This document shows positions 17,634-25,780 of a DNA stretch of 53,374 nt, piece after piece (position 1 is the stretch's first letter; each line of letters starts with the position of its first letter). The DNA is from a virus (Duplodnaviria; Caudoviricetes): IMG/VR virus record IMGVR_UViG_3300044807_000061, positions 1-53,374 of that record; one strand, given 5' to 3'. The notes under the pieces were generated by a model, which worked only from the letters and a program-made list of their open reading frames with translations, was not told the DNA's origin and ran no database searches. Position numbers and translations under genes: made by a program.

Positions 17634-17784
17634 CGGGGCAACCTGCACCAGCCCGACCAAGCCAGGCGACCTCCGTAGCGCGGCGTCGGCCTTTCTTGCC
17701 AGGGTCACACGCCGGCCGGGGGGGCGGTGCAAGTCGCGGAGGGTCCCCCTGCCCTGTGGGGACCCGGGAGACGGGAGCCACGGA

Positions 17785-18141
17785 GTGGTGATCAGCGCAA
17801 CAGCAGCACACGACACGGATTTGTCGTGCCCCCCGTGGTGCCAGGTCAGCGGCATCGACCAGCACGAACAGCGGGCAGGGTCGCTGAGCGAGCACAGGCA
17901 GCCCGTCGGCGAGTTCTGGCAGCGGGAGCTCCGCACACCAGGCGGCCGGATCGTCCGGCCGGCCCGGGGTCGGGTGAGCGTCGGCCTGCTCCTCCTCGAA
18001 CGGTCTGACGGTGCGCTCGGCGAGGAGATCGTGACGGTCGACGTGACCGGTGACGGGCTTGAGCTGACGAACGGGGAGGCGCGGCACCTTGCGGCGCTGC
18101 TGGTGGCCGCGACGGACCGTCTGGATGGCCTACGGCCGTAG
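17785..18141 (+). CDS. DUF6907-like protein
   Basis: CPPWC...H...H N-terminus; C-terminal LTNGEARHLAALLVAATD. Confidence 0.65.
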   Translation: MVISATAAHDTDLSCPPWCQVSGIDQHEQRAGSLSEHRQPVGEFWQRELRTPGGRIVRPARGRVSVGLLLLERSDGALGEEIVTVDVTGDGLELTNGEARHLAALLVAATDRLDGLRP

Positions 18142-18240
18142 TTCAGGGTCGGCGTGGTGGAGTGTCCGGCATGAAGCATGGACTGGGCGCGTGGGGTTGG
18201 GACCTGCGAGCATGCGTCCACCCGCGCTAACAGCACGCGG
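18142..18240. other. Candidate attP region
   Basis: Only non-coding gap next to the integrase 3' end; imperfect inverted repeats (gcgcg...cgcgc); crossover point not identifiable. Confidence 0.35.
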
Positions 18241-19677
18241 TCAGAGCCACTCAAGCTGCACGCGATCGCGCATCTCTTGGCCGCGCTCCCCCGCGCAGAG
18301 GTAGACGGCTCGGAGGTAGGTCTTCAGGACTCGGTTCTGCTCCTCCGACTCCCAGTGTGGCCAGCCTGCCTCGATCCGCTTGGCGATGGTCACCGTGATC
18401 GTCACGGGCGCCATCGTCGACTCCTCGGCGTACGCGAGGTCGGCCAGGAGCCGCGACCGCTGCTCCTCGAGCTCGGCCGCCGCGTCCGCGTACGCGTGCT
18501 CCGTGAGCCGCTCGTTCGCCAGCGCCATCGTCAGGGTGCGCAGCGACCGCTCCACCTTCGCGAGCTGCTTGCGGATCTCCTGCTCCTGCGTCCGGATCGA
18601 GGCCTGCGCGATGCGCCGCTGTTCACGGGCATCCTTGTCATCACGGAGCCGCTTCGCGGTGGCGATGATGTCCTCGATGACCGCACGGTGGACGTCCAGC
18701 TCGTTGGGTGCGCCGATGCCAGCGCAGCTGCCGAGGTCCTGTCCCTGGCAGACCAGCGCGACCCGACGCTGCCCATCCCGCGTCCGACCGGGTTTCCGCT
18801 GAAGGATCAGCCCGCAGCCGGGCCGGCCGCAGCGGATCAGCCCCGCGAGCGGGTGGGCTGCCTGCACCGTCCGGGAAGGTGGCGACGGCCGCCCGAGCCG
18901 CTTCTGCACCCGCTCGAACAGGCGCACGTCAACAAGAGGCTCATGCTCACCGTCGTACACCTCGTCGCGGAGCCGGACCTTCCCGATGTACGCAGGGTTC
19001 CGGAGGACCTCCCGCACCGTCGTCGGCCGCGTCGTGACCCCGAGCAGCGGCGCGACGTCCCGGGCGATCTGCGCACATGACCAGCCGCTGTCGTACAGCT
19101 CGAAGATCCGGCGCACGACCGGCGCGGTCGCCGGATCGAGCTCGACTGCTCGCGGCGGGACACGGACGTACCCGAGCGGGACCTTCCCGTGGAAGTAGCC
19201 CATCCGCGCGATGTGCGTGGCCGTGTCAGCCCACTGCCTCCCCATCTGGTCGCTGTACAGCTGCGCCATGGAAAGGAACTGGGTGAGCATGAACTGCCCC
19301 TCGGGGCTGTCGTCGATCTGCTCGACGGTGCTCACGATGCTGATCCCGAGGTCTCGGAGCTCCTTGATGAACCGGAGGCTCTCGGCCGTGTTCCGGCCCA
19401 GCCGGCTCAGGTTGTAGACCGCGACGACGTCGACGTCCCCGGCCCGCGCGAGCGCACGGAGCTGCTCGATGCCGCTGCGGCTGAACGTTCTGCCGCTGAC
19501 GTCGATGTCCTGCACGACGTGCGTCTCCCGGAGCCCCTGCCGGCGCGCGTGGTCCCGCATCGCCTTCAGCTGCAGGTCGGGGCTGTGCAGGTCCTCGCGG
19601 CCCATGACGGCGCTGACCCGCACGTACAGGGCGGTGCGCTTCCCGGGGTTGGGGACGGCGGCGAGGCGGCGGCTCAT
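18241..19677 (-). CDS. int: Large serine recombinase (integrase)
   Basis: YVRVS (catalytic Ser), DIDVSG, LSRLGRN, PLGY, LRNPAYIG, GEHEPLV, zinc-ribbon Cys residues and coiled coil. Confidence 0.95.
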   Translation of the reverse strand: MSRRLAAVPNPGKRTALYVRVSAVMGREDLHSPDLQLKAMRDHARRQGLRETHVVQDIDVSGRTFSRSGIEQLRALARAGDVDVVAVYNLSRLGRNTAESLRFIKELRDLGISIVSTVEQIDDSPEGQFMLTQFLSMAQLYSDQMGRQWADTATHIARMGYFHGKVPLGYVRVPPRAVELDPATAPVVRRIFELYDSGWSCAQIARDVAPLLGVTTRPTTVREVLRNPAYIGKVRLRDEVYDGEHEPLVDVRLFERVQKRLGRPSPPSRTVQAAHPLAGLIRCGRPGCGLILQRKPGRTRDGQRRVALVCQGQDLGSCAGIGAPNELDVHRAVIEDIIATAKRLRDDKDAREQRRIAQASIRTQEQEIRKQLAKVERSLRTLTMALANERLTEHAYADAAAELEEQRSRLLADLAYAEESTMAPVTITVTIAKRIEAGWPHWESEEQNRVLKTYLRAVYLCAGERGQEMRDRVQLEWL

Positions 19678-19979
19678 CCGAGTCGCTTGACGCTCCGTGC
19701 GCGCTGCCGGATCTCTTGGAGGCGACGGAGCCTCTTGACGAGCATCGGGTCGTGCACGAGCGCGGCGGGCTGGTCGATGATCACGCGGAGGAGTTGGTAG
19801 TAGCGGGTGGCGGAGAGGTCGAAGGTGTCCTTGATGGCTTGCTCCTTCGCCCCCGCGTACTTCCACCAGCGGCGCTCGAACGCGAGGATCTGCCGGTCCC
19901 TGTCCGTGAGCTGGTCCGGTGCCTCATCTGAGGTCGGATTTCGGCAGGTCGCCTCGGCTCCGCCGGGCATGTCGGTCAC
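19674..19979 (-). CDS. DUF3263-family protein (similar to mycobacterial Rv0430/NapA)
   Basis: ILAFERRWWKYAGAKEQAIKDTFDLSATRYYQLL...DPMLVKRLRRL. Confidence 0.9.
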   Translation of the reverse strand: MTDMPGGAEATCRNPTSDEAPDQLTDRDRQILAFERRWWKYAGAKEQAIKDTFDLSATRYYQLLRVIIDQPAALVHDPMLVKRLRRLQEIRQRARSVKRLG

Positions 19980-20245
19980 GACGGCGACCGGACGGCGGAG
20001 GGCTGACTGATCCCCCGCTCGCGGCGGAGCGCAGCGACGAACACCTCATCGAAGGCGGGCGCGAGGGGATGCTGCAGCGCCTCATCCACACCGGCCCAGT
20101 AGACGTCCTGGCTCGGGTGGCTGGCGTCGACGGCACGCTCGTTCGCGGTCCACCAGTTCCGGCGCGCGGCGGCGAGGACCCCGACGACGGACCGGGGCAG
20201 CCCGGCGGCGAGGGCCCTGTCGATGTCGCCGGCGCCGCGGGTCAT
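19976..20245 (-). CDS. Hypothetical protein (89 aa)
   Basis: 4-bp overlaps with both neighbours. Confidence 0.55.
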   Translation of the reverse strand: MTRGAGDIDRALAAGLPRSVVGVLAAARRNWWTANERAVDASHPSQDVYWAGVDEALQHPLAPAFDEVFVAALRRERGISQPSAVRSPS

Positions 20246-20574
20246 CGCCGGCGCCGTTCGAGGAGCAGGTCGACCAGGGCGAGGACGTGCTCCCGCTCCT
20301 TGCGGGTGAGCCGCTGGGCCCGACGCGGCAGGACGAACGGCTCGTCGGTGTCGCTGTCGCCCACCCCGGCGGCCCGGGCGACCCGCCCGAGCGGGAGGCT
20401 GAGGCCGCGGGCGAGGCCGTCGAGGGTGTCGTCTTCGACGCTGGTCCGCTGGCCCTGCTCGATGGAGTGGATGGTGCTGCTCGACAGGAGCCCACCGGAC
20501 CTGTCGGCGACCTCCCGCAGCGACAGGCCCAGTCGGGCCCGCTCCGTCTTCACCAGCTGCTGCAGCGTCATCAT
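20242..20574 (-). CDS. XRE-family HTH regulator
   Basis: RARLGLSLREVADRSGGLLSSSTIHSIEQG...TLDGLARGL. Confidence 0.88.
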   Translation of the reverse strand: MMTLQQLVKTERARLGLSLREVADRSGGLLSSSTIHSIEQGQRTSVEDDTLDGLARGLSLPLGRVARAAGVGDSDTDEPFVLPRRAQRLTRKEREHVLALVDLLLERRRR

Positions 20575-20822
20575 CGTCGCCCTTCCTGCTGCAGACAGAG
20601 CCGTTCGTACTGCACACCCGGTCCCGAGTAGGGGCTCAGGCCAGCGTCCTGGGTCTTCTGCCGGCAGGAACGGTCACCGGAGGTGTTGTGCATGGCCCAG
20701 ACGACGCTGATCACGATGAAGGCCACCAGCGCGAGCGTGCCCCACGTGAACCATCGGCGGATGCGCCGGTCCCGTCCAGCCCAGGCCGCCCGCTGATCGG
20801 GGGTCGGCTCGCTCGTCGTCAT
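20571..20822 (-). CDS. Small membrane protein (possible superinfection exclusion)
   Basis: One TM segment and two Cys; in lysogeny operon; function inferred from context only. Confidence 0.55.
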   Translation of the reverse strand: MTTSEPTPDQRAAWAGRDRRIRRWFTWGTLALVAFIVISVVWAMHNTSGDRSCRQKTQDAGLSPYSGPGVQYERLCLQQEGRR

Positions 20823-21259
20823 CAGGCCGCCCCCCACTCCTGAGCGGCACGGACCCGATCCTGCACCAGCGTCCGCTCGGCCCAGGTGAGACTGTCGGCG
20901 CGGGCTCGCAGGATCGGCACGTCGACCCACAGCTCCTCGGCCTGCTCCTCCTCATGACGGCTCCACAGCCGCGCCCTGACGTACGCGTCGAGCGGGATCA
21001 GCCAGCGGCTCGCGACGATCTCCGCCTCGAGCTCCTGCCGGCGCAACGACCGGCGGTCAGCGCAACCGGTGTGCTCAAGGTGATGGTGGGCGAGCTCGTG
21101 CGCCAGGGTGCAGCGCCGCTGGACCTGCAGCAGCCCGCGGCGGAGCAGGATCGTCTGGAGGTCGGCGAACAGCACCCCGTCGACGGTGGGCACGTCATGC
21201 CACCCCTGGGTGACGGTCTCCATGGCCCGGAGCGCATGCCACGGGTGGTAGACGGTCAC
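20822..21259 (-). CDS. ImmA/IrrE-family metallopeptidase
   Basis: RCTLAHELAHH...ELEAEIVASRWLIP. Confidence 0.9.
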   Translation of the reverse strand: MTVYHPWHALRAMETVTQGWHDVPTVDGVLFADLQTILLRRGLLQVQRRCTLAHELAHHHLEHTGCADRRSLRRQELEAEIVASRWLIPLDAYVRARLWSRHEEEQAEELWVDVPILRARADSLTWAERTLVQDRVRAAQEWGAA

Positions 21260-21666
21260 GGCTGGGCCTTCGGGTTCTGGCCGCGGAACAGCTCGGCGAG
21301 CTGCCTCAGCTGGCTCTGCTGCTCGTCGGTCAGGCCGTCGAGCGGGAGGACTGGCCCACCATGCCGTCCGCGTGCGACAAGTTCACCGTCGCCCTCGGGG
21401 GCGCTGATGTGGTGGCGGTTCGCGGCGAGGCTGGCGATGGCTGCCTGCAGGATCTCGTCCGGGCTGACCCGGACCGCGATCGCCAGTTCCTCGCGGGTCT
21501 GCTCCCGCGGCAGGCTCTTCAGCCAGTAGCCGGGCTGCAGGTGCTGGCTCATCGTGGCGCGGGCCGGCGCGCCCCTCAAGGTGCCGTCAGGCGGCCGACA
21601 CACGTCCCGGAGCTTCCAGCCGTTCTCTTCCATCCGGCTGTGCAGCAGGACTGTGAGCGGGGTCAT
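21256..21666 (-). CDS. Putative immunity repressor (HTH)
   Basis: First gene of the leftward operon, next to ImmA, divergent from the cro-like gene. Confidence 0.65.
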   Translation of the reverse strand: MTPLTVLLHSRMEENGWKLRDVCRPPDGTLRGAPARATMSQHLQPGYWLKSLPREQTREELAIAVRVSPDEILQAAIASLAANRHHISAPEGDGELVARGRHGGPVLPLDGLTDEQQSQLRQLAELFRGQNPKAQP

Positions 21667-21880
21667 GACGCGAGGGTCGGGACTGTCGCCGCTGATAGCA
21701 ACTGCCCTCCTCCGCCGTGTCGTGTCCGTCGACCGGGACCGCTCCCGAACATAGTGCCGTGTCTAAATAACTTGGAAAACACGCAGGTCAGAGCGTTCAT
21801 GCAGGTCACAGGCCGGAACCACACGACTGTCATTTCTTGACTTCCATCGGGACTGGTCCCACATTCTGATTCCGAGTTAG

Positions 21881-21909
21881 TTGACATGGAGGACGGGACC
21901 AGACACGAT
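21881..21909 (+). promoter_or_regulatory. Rightward early promoter
   Basis: TTGACA-17 bp-CACGAT; second candidate TTGACT-17 bp-CACATT from 21837; locally AT-richer divergent region. Confidence 0.65.
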
Positions 21910-21943
21910 GCTCACACCCGAGAAGAGACGTAGGAGGCGGCGC

Positions 21944-22246
21944 GTGATGCAGCGGAAGTTCCGAGCCAACGCCAGTCGGATCGACCGCGTCATGGACGAG
22001 CTGTCGGTCAGCGCCGAAGCCATCGGCCGAGCCGCCGGCCACGCTGACGGCAGCTACATCCGCCGCATGCGCCGCGGTGACAAGCGGGCACAGAAGGCCA
22101 CCCTGAAGACGGCCGAAGCGGTCTGCCGAATGCTCGGCAGCCTGCCCCTGGACTACCTCTTCACGGAGGTCGACCCCCGCACCGGGCACGACCTCGTCAT
22201 GACCGCGGATTCCAAGACAACTGGATCGGAGGCGCTGGCGTCATGA
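21944..22246 (+). CDS. Cro-like HTH protein
   Basis: RBS aggagg; SAEAIGRAAGHADGSYIRRMRRG...AEAVCRML...YLF. Confidence 0.75.
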   Translation: MMQRKFRANASRIDRVMDELSVSAEAIGRAAGHADGSYIRRMRRGDKRAQKATLKTAEAVCRMLGSLPLDYLFTEVDPRTGHDLVMTADSKTTGSEALAS

Positions 22247-22422
22247 CCGCAATGCCGGCCGACCCGAACAACCCGCTCCTACGCCGCCTCGGCGATCCGC
22301 CTGGTCCGGATGAAGGCATCGGCGACGCCGAACGGGCCCGCCGGATGACCGCGGTCCTCGACCAGATCGACGAAGCCCGAGCCCGCAGAGAGCACCCGAG
22401 CAGGACCAGCAAGACCGCCTAG
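22243..22422 (+). CDS. Hypothetical protein (59 aa)
   Basis: Read manually; ATGA overlap with the cro-like gene. Confidence 0.5.
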   Translation: MTAMPADPNNPLLRRLGDPPGPDEGIGDAERARRMTAVLDQIDEARARREHPSRTSKTA

Positions 22423-22492
22423 CAGCACAGACGGCTAGGGCCACGCACCGCCGGCCCACGGACTAGCCGCCGTCACCCGAGAGGAACCACCC

Positions 22493-23032
22493 GTGCAGAC
22501 CATCACCCCGCCGGTCGCGCCCGTCGCCGACCTCCTCGACCTCCGCGCCCGACGCGCCGCGGCCAGGATGAGGCACCCATCGACGCTGGCGCGCCCGGCT
22601 GTCCTGACTCCGCAGATGCGCGCGTCGCTGATCGTCACCGTCGCCCGCACCTGGGACGCCCTCACCGACCTGTTCACCGGGCCGAAGGGAGCCGAGCAGG
22701 CCGAGCAGTGCGTCCTCGGACTCGCGGAAGCCCTCGTCCACCCCGAAGCCCGCGCCAGCCTCGGCGCCTTCGGGATGCCCGAGCTGCGTCGCCTCGTCGA
22801 CCACCTCGACGCCGTCGAGCGCGGCGACATCAGCCACAAGGATCTCGAGGACTGCGGCTCCTACGACGAGGCCCTCGCCGACGCGCAGGCCAACGTCGAC
22901 TTCGCGGTGTGGCCGCTCCTGACCGGCCGGCCGACCCGGGAGGCGTGCCGCGGCTGCCGCAACCGGCTGCCCGTGCACCAGTGGCGCACGCAGGTCGACT
23001 GCGACGACCACCGCGAAGGGCGAGTCCAGTGA
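22493..23032 (+). CDS. Hypothetical protein
   Basis: RBS gagg; C-terminal Cys/His cluster. Confidence 0.6.
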   Translation: MQTITPPVAPVADLLDLRARRAAARMRHPSTLARPAVLTPQMRASLIVTVARTWDALTDLFTGPKGAEQAEQCVLGLAEALVHPEARASLGAFGMPELRRLVDHLDAVERGDISHKDLEDCGSYDEALADAQANVDFAVWPLLTGRPTREACRGCRNRLPVHQWRTQVDCDDHREGRVQ

Positions 23033-23361
23033 ACCTCGTTCCCGACGCTGAGGTCGCGTCCGTCCTCGTCTGCCTGGCGCCGCTCGACAGCCGCCTCGAC
23101 CGGTACCGGCAGCGGCTCCTCACCCGCCGCGAGTTCGACGTCGAGGAGTGCCTCGACAACGGCTGGTCCTCCGGTGAGCGCCGACTGATCCAGCTCGCCG
23201 GCGTCCTGTGGAAGGGCGGCGGGCAGGTCGACCTCGGCTACATCGTCACGATGCTCGACGGTCCGTTCTTCCAGGCCGCCATGGACGCCATCGCGGTCCG
23301 CCGCCAGGAGGACATCCGCACCGACGGTGCCTCCGCCTTCGACCTCGCGGCGGCGTCATGA
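23029..23361 (+). CDS. Hypothetical protein
   Basis: Overlapping start/stop; WSSGERRLIQLA motif. Confidence 0.65.
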   Translation: MNLVPDAEVASVLVCLAPLDSRLDRYRQRLLTRREFDVEECLDNGWSSGERRLIQLAGVLWKGGGQVDLGYIVTMLDGPFFQAAMDAIAVRRQEDIRTDGASAFDLAAAS

Positions 23362-24602
23362 AGATCATCAGCCTGACCGCGGAGAACGTGAAGCGGCTGA
23401 AGGCCGTCCACATCGAGCCCGACCCCAGCGGCAACCTGGTCATCGTCAGCGGCGCCAACGCTCAGGGCAAGACCAGCGTGCTCGACAGCATCTGGCTCGC
23501 CCTCGGTGGCGCCCCGGCTGGGAAGGCGACCCCGCAGCCGATCCGTGACGGCGAGACGTACGCCAGCGTCACCCTCGACCTCGGCGACCTCGTCGTGACC
23601 CGCTCGTGGAGCGGCGACAAGCCAACGACGCTGAAGGTCGCGAGCAAGGACGGCGCGAAGTACAGCAGCCCCCAGACGATGCTCGACTCCCTCGTCGGGC
23701 GGCTGTCGTTCGACCCGCTGGAGTTCGCGCAGCAGGACCAGAAGAGCCAGCGCGCGACGCTCCTGTCGCTGGTGGACCTGCCCTTCGACCCGGACGAGCT
23801 CGACGCGAAGCGCCGCGGGATCTTCGACCGGCGTACCGACGTTGGTCGCCGTGCGAAGTCGCTGACCGGCCAGTTGGACGGGATGCCGCCGTACGACGAC
23901 ACCCTGCCGGCGGAGGAAGAGAGCCTTTCGGCGCTGCTCGACGAGGCACGGGTGGCGCGGGATCAGGTCGCCCTGTTCGACCGCATCGTCGCTGAGCAGG
24001 AGTCCGCCCAGCAAGCGTTCCTCGCCGCGCAGGACGCGATGGAGCGAGCGAAGCAGCGGATGAACGCTGCCGAGGACGCCTACAGCGAGTTCGACGCTTC
24101 GGCGCTGGTCGATCCGACGGCGATCGAAGCCCGGATCCAGGGCCTTGAGCAGACGAACCGAGAGATCCGCGCGCAGCAGCAGCGGCGGCTTGTCAAGGCC
24201 GAGCACGACGAGGCAGTCGCGCTGGCCAAGGGCCTCACAGAGCAGATCCAGGATCTGGACGCGCAGCGCACCGCTGCCCTCGCTGAGGCCACGATGCCGC
24301 TGCCCGGTCTGTCGTTCGACGACGACGGCGTCACCTACCAGGACGTCCCGCTCAAGCAGGCCTCAGCCGCCGAGCAGCTCCGCGTCAGCATCGCGATGGC
24401 CATGGCGCTGAACCCGAAGGTCCGGGTCATCCGCATCACCGACGGGTCGCTGCTCGACAGCCACAACCTCGCCCTCATCGAGGCGATGGCCGTCGAGCAC
24501 GACTTCCAGGTGTGGGTCGAGCGGGTCGACGAGAGCGGCCAGGTCGGCATCGTCATCGAGGACGGGCAGGTCGTCGAGCAGACGACTGCGGTGTCGGCAT
24601 GA
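23358..24602 (+). CDS. SMC/Rad50-like ATPase
   Basis: ENVKR, Walker A GANAQGKTS, long coiled coil, degenerate signature ASAAEQ, Walker B region IRITDGSLLD. Confidence 0.88.
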   Translation: MKIISLTAENVKRLKAVHIEPDPSGNLVIVSGANAQGKTSVLDSIWLALGGAPAGKATPQPIRDGETYASVTLDLGDLVVTRSWSGDKPTTLKVASKDGAKYSSPQTMLDSLVGRLSFDPLEFAQQDQKSQRATLLSLVDLPFDPDELDAKRRGIFDRRTDVGRRAKSLTGQLDGMPPYDDTLPAEEESLSALLDEARVARDQVALFDRIVAEQESAQQAFLAAQDAMERAKQRMNAAEDAYSEFDASALVDPTAIEARIQGLEQTNREIRAQQQRRLVKAEHDEAVALAKGLTEQIQDLDAQRTAALAEATMPLPGLSFDDDGVTYQDVPLKQASAAEQLRVSIAMAMALNPKVRVIRITDGSLLDSHNLALIEAMAVEHDFQVWVERVDESGQVGIVIEDGQVVEQTTAVSA

Positions 24603-24766
24603 AGACGGGGACGTGCGCGCGGGAGTACCAGCGGTGCGATCTGCCTGCCGGCGGGTTCCGCGGCACGTTCCCGGCTCTGTGCAGCAAGCACGCCCGGGCC
24701 CGTGTCGTCGGGATCGACCTGCTGCGGCGTGCACGGCGTAAGTCGCTGCTCGGCGGTGGCCGATGA
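24599..24766 (+). CDS. Small Cys-containing hypothetical protein
   Basis: Coupled overlaps with neighbours. Confidence 0.5.
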   Translation: MKTGTCAREYQRCDLPAGGFRGTFPALCSKHARARVVGIDLLRRARRKSLLGGGR

Positions 24767-24936
24767 TCGTCATCCCGCTGCCCGACCCGCCCGTCGTGAT
24801 CACCACTGAGCTCGCCCCGGAGCCGTTCGAGGGCACCGACGTCAACCCGCGCTGCCTCTGCGGCCACGACGAGCACCCCGACGGCACGTGCCCCAGGCGC
24901 TGCTGCGGCTGCCGCGAGAACCGGACCGCCTCATGA
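24763..24936 (+). CDS. Small Zn-finger-like protein (57 aa)
   Basis: Read manually; CLCGHDEH...C...CGC. Confidence 0.5.
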   Translation: MIVIPLPDPPVVITTELAPEPFEGTDVNPRCLCGHDEHPDGTCPRRCCGCRENRTAS

Positions 24937-25100
24937 GACGCGCCCTGGTCGGCGTCGGCGCCTCGCTCGTCTGCATCGCCTTCACGGGCGCGCTGCTTCT
25001 GGCCTCGCACCACGGCGAGCAGCGCCGCTGCGCCTGGCTCGTCGCCCACCACTCACCCGCAACAGCCACCTACGACTGCACCACGACAGGAGCACCATGA
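24933..25100 (+). CDS. Small membrane or secreted protein
   Basis: N-terminal hydrophobic segment. Confidence 0.5.
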   Translation: MRRALVGVGASLVCIAFTGALLLASHHGEQRRCAWLVAHHSPATATYDCTTTGAP

Positions 25101-25780
25101 CCATCGCACTGAAGCCGACCCTGCCGGACGGCACGATCCGCTCACAGGACGCCGACCGCGACTTCCAGGACTGGGTCATGGGTCGGCCACTCACCCGACG
25201 GCTGTTGCTCGTCGAGGTCGAGGCCGGCGGGATCAAGGGCGACACGCAGGAGAAGGGCCGGATCACCGGCACCCGCTACAACGTCATCCACGCGGCCGAG
25301 ATCCGTGACCTCCACGAGATCGACCTCAGCCGCCACCGGATCGCTCAGATCCGCGGCGAGGGCGGCTTCTACGCCAAGCAGCCCGCCCTGTTCGACGTGA
25401 CCGACGCGGAGAAGCGCGACGCGATCCTCGACCTCATCAAGGACCACGCGTCCGGGCTCGACCTCCCGATGTCCGATGTCGACAGGCAGTGGGTCGACTA
25501 CTTCGGTGGCGTCGAGAACGCGGCGTCCGAGACGGTCCAGGCGAGTCGCTCGCTCACGCAGCTGCAGGAGTTCGCCTACGTCTTCGGGGCGCTGGAGGAC
25601 AAGAAGGCCGGCAGCGCCGACGAGGAGCCCGTCGACCTCGAGCCTGACAACGAGGACGGCGAGGACGGCGACGAGAGCCAGGACGACGCCAACACGGTCC
25701 CGCAGCAGACGCCCGCCGCGGCCGCCGAGAGCGACTCCGCTGTCGGAGGCGTCCCCTTCACAGAAGTCACAGAGCAGTGA
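25097..25780 (+). CDS. Hypothetical protein with acidic C-terminus
   Basis: RBS aggag; 227 aa. Confidence 0.75.
   Translation: MTIALKPTLPDGTIRSQDADRDFQDWVMGRPLTRRLLLVEVEAGGIKGDTQEKGRITGTRYNVIHAAEIRDLHEIDLSRHRIAQIRGEGGFYAKQPALFDVTDAEKRDAILDLIKDHASGLDLPMSDVDRQWVDYFGGVENAASETVQASRSLTQLQEFAYVFGALEDKKAGSADEEPVDLEPDNEDGEDGDESQDDANTVPQQTPAAAAESDSAVGGVPFTEVTEQ

Noticed and set aside
19678-19866. N-terminal extension of the integrase ORF
   Set aside because: Overlaps the DUF3263 gene in another frame; ATG 19677 gives a normal N-terminus and a 4-bp overlap
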